From an uncultured virus (IMG/VR IMGVR_UViG_3300018478_000073) (lineage: Duplodnaviria > Heunggongvirae > Uroviricota > Caudoviricetes): a DNA stretch of 20,000 nucleotides. The translations under genes and the position numbers were made by a program. Positions 1 to 8,833 of this stretch are shown in pieces. Within the stretch, counting starts at the first letter, position 1, and every line of letters starts with the position of its first letter. The DNA lies in the IMG/VR virus record IMGVR_UViG_3300018478_000073; one strand, 5' to 3'. A model generated the notes under the pieces. It was not told the origin of the DNA, did no database searches, and worked only from the letters and a program-made list of their open reading frames with translations.

Positions 1-62
1 TTGTATTTATAGCAGTAAGTGTTATTTGCGTATTAATTGGTGCAAAATTATGGTTGGACTAA
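1..62 (+). CDS. 3' end of an upstream gene (partial), hydrophobic C-terminus
   Basis: Frame from nt 3 reads VFIAVSVICVLIGAKLWLD then TAA TAA; TM-like segment on the same strand as all other genes. Confidence 0.45.
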   Translation, partial: VFIAVSVICVLIGAKLWLD

Positions 63-89
63 TAAATTAGTAAAAGTATTAAGAACCTA

Positions 90-118
90 TTGACAAGTAT
101 TGAGATATATGTTATAAT
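90..118 (+). promoter_or_regulatory. Consensus sigmaA/sigma70 promoter with extended -10
   Basis: TTGACA (90-95), 17-bp spacer, TG-n-TATAAT (113-118); SD AAGGAGG upstream of ATG 151. Confidence 0.9.
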
Positions 119-150
119 AGTTATATAGAGTACTAAAGGAGGTTCTTAGT

Positions 151-501
151 ATGATTCAAGTCGATAGAAAATTAGTGAATGTTGAGACAGGCGAGATAGT
201 AGGGTACAGATACACAAATGGTATCTATTCTGCGGTTGTAAGCGAGTCTAAGGCTGTAGAGTTAGGCTTAGAAGATGCTGAAATATTAAGGTATTTATCA
301 ATTGATTGTGTACTTAACGTATTTATGTATAATGGGAAATATTTTATCGAGGATAATGCAACAGGTAGTGCGGAGTTACCAGACGGTATATATGGAACTA
401 CTGTAAGCATCTCAGATAATCAGTTTAATTTATATAACGGTTGTGATATAGATAACGAGTTAGCAATCAAGAGAATGTTAAGTGGCAAGGAGTTATTGTG
501 A
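151..501 (+). CDS. Hypothetical protein, probably monocistronic
   Basis: 116-aa ORF with strong SD, own promoter and downstream terminator; no recognised family. Confidence 0.8.
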   Translation: MIQVDRKLVNVETGEIVGYRYTNGIYSAVVSESKAVELGLEDAEILRYLSIDCVLNVFMYNGKYFIEDNATGSAELPDGIYGTTVSISDNQFNLYNGCDIDNELAIKRMLSGKELL

Positions 502-543
502 GTGTCTTAGTTCTTAGCTGTGCAGATAAGAAACCACACAAAC

Positions 544-580
544 ATATCTAGGGGGTATTTTTATTCCTCTAGATATTTTT
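544..580 (+). terminator. Intrinsic terminator
   Basis: Stem ATATCTAGGGGG / TCCTCTAGATAT (with G-U pairs) followed by a T-run, just after ORF 151-501. Confidence 0.7.
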
Positions 581-633
581 GTATAAAGATTTCCTAGGAT
601 GCAGTATATTATTACTGAAAGTTGGTGATTAAA

Positions 634-1785
634 ATGTATATAAGGGACAATATACATGGAGATATAGAGTTCAGTCCATCAGAAATTAAGGTTATACAAA
701 GTAAGTATTTCCAGCGTCTAAGAAATATTAAGCAGTTAGCTTTTGCGGATTTTGTATTTCCATCTGCTACGCACACAAGGTTTATACATTCACTTGGAGC
801 AGTAAAATGCGTAACTGATATGTACAATGCAGTATGCAAGAATAATCCGTCATTTTATAGAGATGGTGATTTACCTCTTTTAAGAATGATAGCATTAGTA
901 CATGATATGTGTCATGCACCATTCAGTCATGCAAGCGAGGAGCTTAGTACGATAGAGCATGAGGAGAGGTTAACTCAAGCATTAGAGTTACTCAAGGATG
1001 ATATTGTAATACCTAACGCATATGGTATCAGGTCATGGGAGTTAGTAGACCAAGTGTATCAGGGGTATGGCACAACATACTTAAGAGACAAGCACTTGAT
1101 GACATTACACAATTTCATGGATGGTTTTATAGATGCTGATAAGCTAGATTATCTGGAGAGAGATGCTTTGAATTGTGGTGTAAAGTATGGTACTTTTGAT
1201 AGGTTAGATTTAGTATCAAGTTTAACAGTACACAATGACAACATAGCAATCACATCAGAGGGGGTATCAGCCTTAGAGAGTTTTATACTTGCAAGGTATT
1301 ATATGTTTAAAGAGGTGTATTTCCATCCAGAAGAGCGTATGATGCGTAATCTGTACTGTGAGGAGATGAAAGGTTTATTAAAGGAGGGGGTATTCCCAGA
1401 AGAACCAAAGAAGTTTTTAGCATTAGATGACACAAAGTTCATTCACAGGTTAAAGTGTGTGAAAAGCAATCCATATGTTTTGGTGCTAGATGTTAATTTT
1501 GATTTAGAGTTAAAGAATTACATAGACAGGTATTTATCTGACTATTTAATATGTGATTGCCCTAGAAAGACCTTATTTAGGGCTAGTGACACAGACCAGA
1601 ATATAGATGTAGTAGATACTGTAACAGGTAACGTAAGTTTATGTACAGACTATTCACCGATATTAAAAGGTATAGAGTTCACGAGTATACATAAGTTAAG
1701 ATATTATACAGAACGTGATATTGAGAAAGAAATGCAAAGAGAAATAGGAAAGGTGGTCAAGAGATTTTATGAGAACAAGAGATGA
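634..1785 (+). CDS. HD-domain phosphohydrolase, dNTP triphosphohydrolase family (YwfO/SAMHD1-like)
   Basis: Motifs IRDNIHG, FQRLRNIKQL, FPSATHTRFIHSLG, HDMCHAPFSH, DADKLDYLERD; start placed at ATG 634 after GGTGA (ORF track starts at TTG 622). Confidence 0.92.
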   Translation: MYIRDNIHGDIEFSPSEIKVIQSKYFQRLRNIKQLAFADFVFPSATHTRFIHSLGAVKCVTDMYNAVCKNNPSFYRDGDLPLLRMIALVHDMCHAPFSHASEELSTIEHEERLTQALELLKDDIVIPNAYGIRSWELVDQVYQGYGTTYLRDKHLMTLHNFMDGFIDADKLDYLERDALNCGVKYGTFDRLDLVSSLTVHNDNIAITSEGVSALESFILARYYMFKEVYFHPEERMMRNLYCEEMKGLLKEGVFPEEPKKFLALDDTKFIHRLKCVKSNPYVLVLDVNFDLELKNYIDRYLSDYLICDCPRKTLFRASDTDQNIDVVDTVTGNVSLCTDYSPILKGIEFTSIHKLRYYTERDIEKEMQREIGKVVKRFYENKR

Positions 1786-2281
1786 TAAGTCATTTTGTAA
1801 TCTGCTTGCATGTCAGAGTAATGTAGGGATAAAGAAGTTACCTTATCTGGCGTATTTGATGCAGATATCTGGTTTTGACCTAAGATATCATTATAGTATT
1901 AGACTAGACACTATAAAAAGCCACGGTTTAATAAGTTCTTTAGGAGATTTAGTATCGATGGGGTATGCGACACAGGGGTATGAACTAACGGAGGCAGGAG
2001 AGCAGGAGCTTAGTACTTATTGTATTACGAATGAAGAGGATACTTTATGTGATAAGATTATGTTTTATGTTAGTGAGTTAAGTCATTCTCAGTTATATTT
2101 AATTTGTGTAACCGATATGATGTTGCAGGATTCTCTAAGAAGAGGTGGCTACAAATCACTCCAGAATGATAGAGAAAACATTGAGGATACAGTAAAGGGG
2201 TTATGTAGTGCCTATACACCAGATGATTTTAATACAGCCGTAGGTATTTTAAGAGAGTTAAGAAAAGGAGGAGATTTATAA
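1769..2281 (+). CDS. YwgA-like winged-helix protein, probable partner of the HD hydrolase
   Basis: GIKKLPYLAYL...YELTEAGEQEL resembles B. subtilis YwgA (GRKKLQK..Y ... Y.LTEAG); overlaps the HD gene, as in ywfO-ywgA synteny. Confidence 0.6.
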   Translation: MRTRDDKSFCNLLACQSNVGIKKLPYLAYLMQISGFDLRYHYSIRLDTIKSHGLISSLGDLVSMGYATQGYELTEAGEQELSTYCITNEEDTLCDKIMFYVSELSHSQLYLICVTDMMLQDSLRRGGYKSLQNDRENIEDTVKGLCSAYTPDDFNTAVGILRELRKGGDL

Positions 2282-2644
2282 ATGCGAAAAAAGGTATTGA
2301 TTTGCGTAGCTTCAGCAGTTCTGCTTGTGGGGGTATTTAGTGCAACATATGAAGTGAGGGTGCATCAGTTAAACGTTGAGGATAAGAAGCAGTCTATGAA
2401 TACTGAGTATGTTGAGGAAATCGATAAATTAAAAATAGAGGAAATCAATGTAGTAAAAGACGATAAGGAGTATACAGACATTAAGGACTTAAATGGTGTT
2501 GAGGCAGGTACTACTGTTGATTGTCACATTAAGTTAGCTAGTGGTGAGGAAAAGGACGTAGAGGGGTATATTTCTTATGGAGACCATACAGATGCTGTTT
2601 ACAATGGTGCTGTTGTAAAGATTACACTAGAAAGGAACAAGTAA
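2282..2644 (+). CDS. Hypothetical exported or membrane-anchored protein
   Basis: MRKK plus hydrophobic N-terminal segment; SD AGGAGG. Confidence 0.75.
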   Translation: MRKKVLICVASAVLLVGVFSATYEVRVHQLNVEDKKQSMNTEYVEEIDKLKIEEINVVKDDKEYTDIKDLNGVEAGTTVDCHIKLASGEEKDVEGYISYGDHTDAVYNGAVVKITLERNK

Positions 2645-2657
2645 GGGGGTAGTTAGT

Positions 2658-2870
2658 ATGCCAGAGGTTGGTGATATTATTCGATGCATTAGTGGCAGAA
2701 AAATTGGTGAAAGACTATTTATTGAGGACATAGTAATTAAGGAAAGTAAGAAGTACTATCAATGCAGTATTATATGCACTGGTTTATTCGATACCGTTTC
2801 GCCAGTATCTAATAAAGTTGAAGTATCTGATGCTGATTTTAGAGAATTTTGTATAGTAGAGGAGAGGTAG
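2658..2870 (+). CDS. Small hypothetical protein, possible KOW/SH3-like fold
   Basis: EVGDIIRCISGRKIG fits the KOW pattern GD.V.V..G...G; SD-like GGGGG at 2645. Confidence 0.6.
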   Translation: MPEVGDIIRCISGRKIGERLFIEDIVIKESKKYYQCSIICTGLFDTVSPVSNKVEVSDADFREFCIVEER

Positions 2871-2872
2871 CA

Positions 2873-3784
2873 ATGTTAGTACAGGAATTTGTCGAAAGAC
2901 AGTTAGACGGGTTTCCAGAACCGTTTTATGACAGTTTGCCAACGGTTTGTTTAGAGGATGGGTGTGGTTATCCTACGGAGATGTTAGAGTCATTAACTCA
3001 GTTAAGATGTAGCAACCCAAGATGTCCATCAAAGGTAGTCCAGAGAATGTCTGCAATGGTAAACAGACTTGGGGTAAAAGACTTTGGTGAGGAGAGAATA
3101 AGAGCATTTGTTAGTGAATGGGGTATTGCGAACCCACTGATATTATTTGCCTACGAGCCATCTGATGGTCAGTTAGCCAGTAATATTTCAATGGACTTAA
3201 GTACAAAAATTTACAATCAGATTAAGGATAAAAAGGACTTTACGTTATCAGAGTATGTAAGAATTGCAAATCTCCCTTACATTCAAACAAGTGCAGGGTA
3301 TATATTTGACAAGTTCGATGATATCAGGGAGGCATACAGGGCAATAGAAGAAGGGGGTATTGATTACATACAAAAATGCTTAGGGGTAAAGAAAGTAAGT
3401 GAGCCATCTTTAATGTCTATCAAGGTATATACATCTTTAATGACATATAAGCATGACTTAATCGATTTAGTAGACCAAGTACACATTATAGAAAGAAACA
3501 AGGGAGACATGTTAAACTACAAGGTATGTGTATCTGGTGATGTGGATTGTGGTTTCAAGACTAAGGCAGAGTTTTATAGAGAAGTTAACTCATTAAGTGA
3601 TAAGCTACATGTAGACTTCTTAGGTTCAGCCACGAAAGAGATTAAGTATCTTGTCTGGGCAGGTAACAGGATTACTAATAAGGTAGTATCTGTACAAAAA
3701 CGTATTGCAAATGGTGAAGATATTAAGATATTAAATGCAAATGAGTTTATTGCAGAAATGAAAGAGAAGTTGGAGGTAGTATAG
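2873..3784 (+). CDS. NAD-dependent DNA ligase C-terminal-only protein (Zn finger, HhH, BRCT); no adenylation or OB domain
   Basis: LPTVC...C...LRCSNPRCP Zn finger, LGVKDFGEE HhH, C-terminal BRCT (VCVSG...SATKEIKYLV...IKILNANEF); ATG 2873 follows GAGGT. Confidence 0.8.
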   Translation: MLVQEFVERQLDGFPEPFYDSLPTVCLEDGCGYPTEMLESLTQLRCSNPRCPSKVVQRMSAMVNRLGVKDFGEERIRAFVSEWGIANPLILFAYEPSDGQLASNISMDLSTKIYNQIKDKKDFTLSEYVRIANLPYIQTSAGYIFDKFDDIREAYRAIEEGGIDYIQKCLGVKKVSEPSLMSIKVYTSLMTYKHDLIDLVDQVHIIERNKGDMLNYKVCVSGDVDCGFKTKAEFYREVNSLSDKLHVDFLGSATKEIKYLVWAGNRITNKVVSVQKRIANGEDIKILNANEFIAEMKEKLEVV

Positions 3785-3787
3785 GTT

Positions 3788-4288
3788 ATGCAGGTATCAA
3801 TGAAGGCAATAAGAAGATTAGGGTTTATAAAGATTATGAACGACTCATTTTGTATGGATTACATCCAACAGTTAAATACTGAAAATCTTAATATTGACTG
3901 TAAACCATGGAGCTTTTTAACACATTACTTCGAATGTGGTAGCCTGTACAAAGGTATGGGTGATATAGTTACACATGAGAAGTTAGTAACTAATGATACA
4001 AAGTCAAAAAGGGTATTTAAGAACTTGTGGTTAAACATCTGGAAAGACTTCGGAGATGCCCTTTCACTGGATGCGTCAATGGTAACCTTATTAAGTGAGT
4101 TTGGTATAAGATTAGCATTTATCGAGCCAGATGATAAGGTTATAAGTAGTGTAACACATTTTTATGATACAGTAATTAGGTGGTATTTATATACATCTGA
4201 TTCATTTAGAGGTGACTCTATTGAGGATGTATTAAACGTATTGATAAACGGAAGTATAGAGGAGTTGGTACACTATGATATGGATTGA
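3788..4288 (+). CDS. Hypothetical protein
   Basis: 166-aa ORF tightly packed in the operon with GGAGG upstream. Confidence 0.7.
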   Translation: MQVSMKAIRRLGFIKIMNDSFCMDYIQQLNTENLNIDCKPWSFLTHYFECGSLYKGMGDIVTHEKLVTNDTKSKRVFKNLWLNIWKDFGDALSLDASMVTLLSEFGIRLAFIEPDDKVISSVTHFYDTVIRWYLYTSDSFRGDSIEDVLNVLINGSIEELVHYDMD

Positions 4289-4541
4289 TTCTATTCTATT
4301 AGTAGTGGGGGTATTAAGCATTATATTTCCATATAATATAGGATTATCTAGTAATAATATCTATATCTTTTATGTAAGTTCTATATCTAGGAACTTTGTT
4401 TTTGTTTGGTGCATAATGTTTATTTTTCTTGTCATAATACATCTTATTCAGATACGTAAGAAGCAGGAACTTCTAGATAAGCGTACAGATATACTATTGA
4501 TAGTAGTATTTATTATAACAATATTACTATCTATACTTTAA
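4275..4541 (+). CDS. Small membrane protein (about 3 TM helices)
   Basis: Three hydrophobic segments; overlaps previous stop; SD GAGGAG. Confidence 0.7.
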   Translation: MIWIDSILLVVGVLSIIFPYNIGLSSNNIYIFYVSSISRNFVFVWCIMFIFLVIIHLIQIRKKQELLDKRTDILLIVVFIITILLSIL

Positions 4542-4560
4542 TAAATTTTAGGAGGGTACT

Positions 4561-6429
4561 ATGAAGGTAGCAAAGCAGGCGGTTGCGTATTACTGTTTAA
4601 GAACAGGTAAGGACTGGTCAGAGTTTTTTAACAAACTGGATAAGGCTATTGCAACACCTATGGTTGTAGCTGAGACAGCAGAGGATGATGAAATCTGGCT
4701 GATTAAAAAATTAGTTGAAGTTATTGAGAAGCGTATGACTATAACCGAATTAAAGGCTAATAAGGATGAGGTAAAGAGTGAGTTCGACTTAGATGGAAGA
4801 AAGCAGGCAGGTGAGTTCTTCACGCCGTTAGTATGGTGCAAAGAAGCAAGGGGGTATTTCAATAAATACATTCCTAACTGGAAAGACTACACGGTATGGG
4901 ATATGGCTTGCGGTACTGGTAATCTAATGTTAGAACAGGCAAAAGAGGTAGATAAATTATTTTTATCAACATTGCAGGATACTGATGTACAGTCAGTAGG
5001 TGCTATGGACGAGTATAAGAATGCAACAGTATTTCAGTTAGATTTTCTTGACGGTTTAGACTATGATATAATGAATACAGATTTTCTTGACAAACTTCCG
5101 TATGATTTAAAGGATGCAATAATAAACGATAAACCTCTGATTTTGTATTCAAACCCACCGTATAAGAGTGGTGTAGCAAAGGTAACAGAGGTTGGAAGAT
5201 ACATGTGCAGTATTGGCTTAAACAAGTCAGCCTATGATTTATTCTATCAGTTTTGTTGGAGAATGATGCATTTTGTTGAGTTATTCAACCTAAGAAATAC
5301 ATATTGTTGCTTTTTCGGACCTCTGACATTTTTCTCTGGAAGTAATGCACAGGTATTATTCAAAGAGTTTCAGAAGTGTTTCAGTTTTGTTGATGGTATG
5401 TGTATTTCAGCTCAGGACTTCTCAGGTACATCACAAAGTATTGAATGGGGTATTGGATGTAGTCTGTGGAAAGCAAGAGGTGGATATGTTAACGATGCTA
5501 AGCCAGACCAGGTATTATTGACAAAGAAGATGTTAGCACCAGACGGAAGTGTGGTAACAGGTGAAAAGACACTATATGCAGCACCAAGGCAGAGAATGGA
5601 TGAGTGGTTGCAACCAAAGGATGTATTTTCTTACATTGAGGCACCTCTGGCAACGTCAGCACTAACATTCAGAGGAAGTGAAGAGGGGGTATTAGTAGCA
5701 CCGCAAACTGGAAAGATTGCGGTAGGAGCATTAGGAACTTTAATGTTAGATAGTACATTGGCTAGAGGTAATTCATACTCTGCAATATTATCAGTACCAA
5801 CATCAATAAACTTCGTAAACATTACAAAGGAGAATTTCTGGAGATGTGTAGCAAGCTTTGCATATCGTAATATAGTAAATGCAGGTTGGGCAGACACAAG
5901 AAAGTGGCTATCAGCACCAGACGAAACTGTTGATGGATATGATACATGGGTTAAGAATTGCTTGCCTATCTTTTTATTCGAGTTAAAGAGTATGCAGTCT
6001 GGAATAAGAGGTGTTAAATGGCAAGGAGAAACTATTGATGTGACAAATAAGTTATTCCCAGTATCGGAGGCTGAAGTAAGAGAGTACTGCCACGATGAAG
6101 ATATTCTTAAAGACCTTGATAAGTATGGATTGCATAATGATTTTATACTTGAATGTATCGAGGAGTCAAAGAGCGTATGGTTGCCAGAGGTAGCGGACTT
6201 ATTCAACTGGTGCAAACAGTATATTTTAAATTCTTACGATAAGAGAAAGGATTTGGGTTATGCAGGGCGTACAAAATCATGTGACGCAGGTCTTGCACAG
6301 TTAAGGTCTGGTATTTTTACAACAGAGGATAATCAAGAGTTATTCAAGAAGTTGGGGGTAGCTAGAAATGCCTTAAATAAGGATTTAGGTAGGTTTGGAT
6401 TCTTAAGTGAGGTAGACAGCAATAATTAG
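4561..6429 (+). CDS. N6-adenine DNA methyltransferase (gamma class, Type IIG-like) with probable C-terminal specificity region and no evident nuclease
   Basis: Motif X GEFFTP, motif I VWDMACGTGNL, motif IV NPPY; SD AGGAGG. Confidence 0.88.
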   Translation: MKVAKQAVAYYCLRTGKDWSEFFNKLDKAIATPMVVAETAEDDEIWLIKKLVEVIEKRMTITELKANKDEVKSEFDLDGRKQAGEFFTPLVWCKEARGYFNKYIPNWKDYTVWDMACGTGNLMLEQAKEVDKLFLSTLQDTDVQSVGAMDEYKNATVFQLDFLDGLDYDIMNTDFLDKLPYDLKDAIINDKPLILYSNPPYKSGVAKVTEVGRYMCSIGLNKSAYDLFYQFCWRMMHFVELFNLRNTYCCFFGPLTFFSGSNAQVLFKEFQKCFSFVDGMCISAQDFSGTSQSIEWGIGCSLWKARGGYVNDAKPDQVLLTKKMLAPDGSVVTGEKTLYAAPRQRMDEWLQPKDVFSYIEAPLATSALTFRGSEEGVLVAPQTGKIAVGALGTLMLDSTLARGNSYSAILSVPTSINFVNITKENFWRCVASFAYRNIVNAGWADTRKWLSAPDETVDGYDTWVKNCLPIFLFELKSMQSGIRGVKWQGETIDVTNKLFPVSEAEVREYCHDEDILKDLDKYGLHNDFILECIEESKSVWLPEVADLFNWCKQYILNSYDKRKDLGYAGRTKSCDAGLAQLRSGIFTTEDNQELFKKLGVARNALNKDLGRFGFLSEVDSNN

Positions 6430-6461
6430 ATAATTTTACAAACATACGATAAGAGTACTAC

Positions 6462-6550
6462 ATTATATAATATATAAAATACAGAATATCTTGCTAAACA
6501 TACTGATAAAGTATTGCTTTAGCATGATACTTCTGTTTTATTTATATAAT
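6462..6550. repeat. Long imperfect inverted repeat (about 42-bp arms) in an intergenic region
   Basis: ATTATATAA...ACAGAATATCTTGCTAAACATACT, loop GATAA, AGTATTGCTTTAGCATGATACTTCTGT...TTATATAAT. Confidence 0.8.
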
Positions 6551-6696
6551 AGAAAATAAAAAATTTAATGTATTTTCATAAAGTGTATTTCCTATCGATA
6601 GTTTGTTAGTTGTTGTGGTTTTATTTACGTGGGTAGTAACAATTTCACATGTAACTATATGACATACACTGTTTAAGAGAAAGGAGAAAAAGTCAT

Positions 6697-7323
6697 ATGT
6701 TTAAAAAAGTGTACATGAATAGCATGTTTAAGTGCCTAAGAAAAATTACAAAGAATACCAAGAGGTATGGTATTACGGAGGGTACGATTCTGAATATGCT
6801 GTTAGCACAGCATCACCTAGAGGGGGTAGAGGATAAGACGGAAAGTCAGAAGAAAGACTTAAGTTTATTCAGTAAGTTTGTTGAGGAAAATATTGATAAG
6901 GTAACTGATTACAAGAAAAAATTTAATCTTATTGATAGAGTGCAGTTAGTATTAAAAAGAGCAGTTCCGATTGCGTGTATTCACTTTTTAAGATTAACAT
7001 TGATTGGTCAGGGTATCATATTACCATTCTATGTCAATGCTTTGTTGTTAGGTATTCTTGCATACCTGTACATAACTGCCTTACTGGGGGTACTATTTAC
7101 ATTAGTACCAGATGTAGTGGACTTGCCTTTGCAGTTACCATGTATGGACAAGGGGGTAAAAATCAAGTCTATGAATATGTTAGGTTTGTGCAATAAGGAT
7201 TACTACATTGAAAAGGCAGAGTCATTAGGTGATGATGATTTGTTGTCAGCATTAAGAGATAGTGGTAAGACAGACTTAGTAAGATACCTTGCATACATTA
7301 AATTAAGCGAGATGGAGGATTAA
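6697..7323 (+). CDS. Hypothetical membrane protein (about 2 TM helices)
   Basis: SD AAGGAG; central hydrophobic hairpin. Confidence 0.75.
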   Translation: MFKKVYMNSMFKCLRKITKNTKRYGITEGTILNMLLAQHHLEGVEDKTESQKKDLSLFSKFVEENIDKVTDYKKKFNLIDRVQLVLKRAVPIACIHFLRLTLIGQGIILPFYVNALLLGILAYLYITALLGVLFTLVPDVVDLPLQLPCMDKGVKIKSMNMLGLCNKDYYIEKAESLGDDDLLSALRDSGKTDLVRYLAYIKLSEMED

Positions 7324-7326
7324 GTT

Positions 7327-7821
7327 GTGTATCTTACGTTCAATGAGAATGACCTTATTTCATTAGTGAGGTATGGTGAGTGCAAGTCATTTGTGAGTAC
7401 TGGGTACTTGAAGTTATGTTGTTATCTTGTAAGAGATGAAAGTCTTATAAGTGAGGAGAATAAGAACTATGTAAATTCTGTATTAAACAGTAAGTCATTA
7501 AAGGTTGTAAAAGATGAGGCGTACTTCGCAAGTGTACGGGATATGGTTAAAAGATATATCTTTTTTAGTATTTTGTTTTTAGTTTTGGTGTTATCTTTAC
7601 TTAAGGTAACTACGTGTGGTGTTTTATGGTTACAGGCGTTAGGTTATATTTGCTTGGCAATGTCTGCATTTGTATCATTTAGGTACGTATATAATCTGCT
7701 AGTTATGCACAGTGTTCCAGTAGTATTAGGGGGTAGGTTTGCTACAGCTCTATGTAAGAAAATATTATTTAGGGATACATTGCTCACTATCTTAGAATTG
7801 ACAATGATAAGGGAAAATTAG
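7327..7821 (+). CDS. Hypothetical membrane protein (about 2 TM helices)
   Basis: GTG start after GGAGG; two hydrophobic segments. Confidence 0.7.
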   Translation: MYLTFNENDLISLVRYGECKSFVSTGYLKLCCYLVRDESLISEENKNYVNSVLNSKSLKVVKDEAYFASVRDMVKRYIFFSILFLVLVLSLLKVTTCGVLWLQALGYICLAMSAFVSFRYVYNLLVMHSVPVVLGGRFATALCKKILFRDTLLTILELTMIREN

Positions 7822-7822
7822 T

Positions 7823-8833
7823 ATGCTTAGAGATATTGATAAAAGGGATTTTGAGGTAGTAATACTTCAATCTCCCTCTGAAAAGTTAAAGATGTATGTT
7901 AGGGATAAGTATAAGAGCAAGTACAAGATTACACAGGATTCTCTAATAGAGGTAAATACAACAAAAGATATCAAGAAAGTAAAAGAGGTATTAGGTTTAA
8001 TGCCACCATTTTCTGACTGTTGGTTGGTTACAGTAAATTTAGAGAAGGTATCCTTAAAAGATTTATCTGGTATTATTAATCAAAGTTCTACTTGTGTGTT
8101 TTTATGCACTTCTGAGAAGTACAGAACATTCAAAGATTTTAAGGAAAGGGTAAAGAAGTTAAACAGTTGCTTAGACTTATACATAACATACTTAAGGAGA
8201 CCAGATTTTGTATACTTGTATGACGCATTAGTACCAGAAGAAAATAGGATGAGCAAGGCATTGTTTGACTATTTTGTTCAGAGCTACTCAGGAGATATTG
8301 AGTCAGTATTTGACCTTTTCATAGCAATGAATGGGGGTACTAAGATAGAAAAACGCAAGGATATTGCGGATATATGTGGTATAGGTGGCTTGACTATTGA
8401 GTCATTTATTTTTAGCCTTTTGAAAGATGCTCCAACAACTGAGAAAGGCTTAAAGAAAGTAATGCAAAATAGGATAAAAGCTGGTCTAGAGTTAAGTGAG
8501 GTATACAATTTTGATACCTTATATAACTTTATGAGTAATAGCTTAAATAATTTAGTGCAGATAAAGCTACTAAAAGATACAGGTGTTATATATAAGACAA
8601 TAAGAAATTTACCAGATGGCTACGAGCAGTCTAAGTTAGCAAGGTATCAAAAGTATATGTACAGTTTAAGTGAGATACCTCTGTCTAGGTTTTTAAGACT
8701 TGCAGATTGTATGGGTAAAAACCGTTGGAGAAGTAATAGCGACTTTTTAAATTTTGTATACAGGTACTATTTACGATATTTAACTGACGGAACTGTAAAT
8801 TTAAAAGAGGTGAAGAAAAATGTTGTTAGTTAA
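7823..8833 (+). CDS. DNA polymerase III delta subunit-like (HolA-like) clamp-loader protein
   Basis: 336 aa, typical of HolA; MPPFSDCWLVTV matches the HolA P.FS..RLV.V pattern; no Walker A; helical C-terminal collar-like region. Confidence 0.6.
   Translation: MLRDIDKRDFEVVILQSPSEKLKMYVRDKYKSKYKITQDSLIEVNTTKDIKKVKEVLGLMPPFSDCWLVTVNLEKVSLKDLSGIINQSSTCVFLCTSEKYRTFKDFKERVKKLNSCLDLYITYLRRPDFVYLYDALVPEENRMSKALFDYFVQSYSGDIESVFDLFIAMNGGTKIEKRKDIADICGIGGLTIESFIFSLLKDAPTTEKGLKKVMQNRIKAGLELSEVYNFDTLYNFMSNSLNNLVQIKLLKDTGVIYKTIRNLPDGYEQSKLARYQKYMYSLSEIPLSRFLRLADCMGKNRWRSNSDFLNFVYRYYLRYLTDGTVNLKEVKKNVVS

Noticed and set aside
5631..6215. 194-aa minus-strand ORF, and the other minus-strand ORFs in the track
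   Set aside because: They lie antisense to well-supported + genes, show no recognisable motifs and look like shadow ORFs.
6463..6525. About 20-aa hydrophobic minus-strand peptide (MLKQYFISMFSKIFCILYII) inside the long hairpin, a possible type I toxin
   Set aside because: No SD is visible, and such peptides arise readily by chance in AT-rich DNA.
6975..7196. Alternative-frame + ORFs (6975-7196 and 19483-19689)
   Set aside because: They are nested in or overlap better genes or an RNA hairpin, with no convincing SD.
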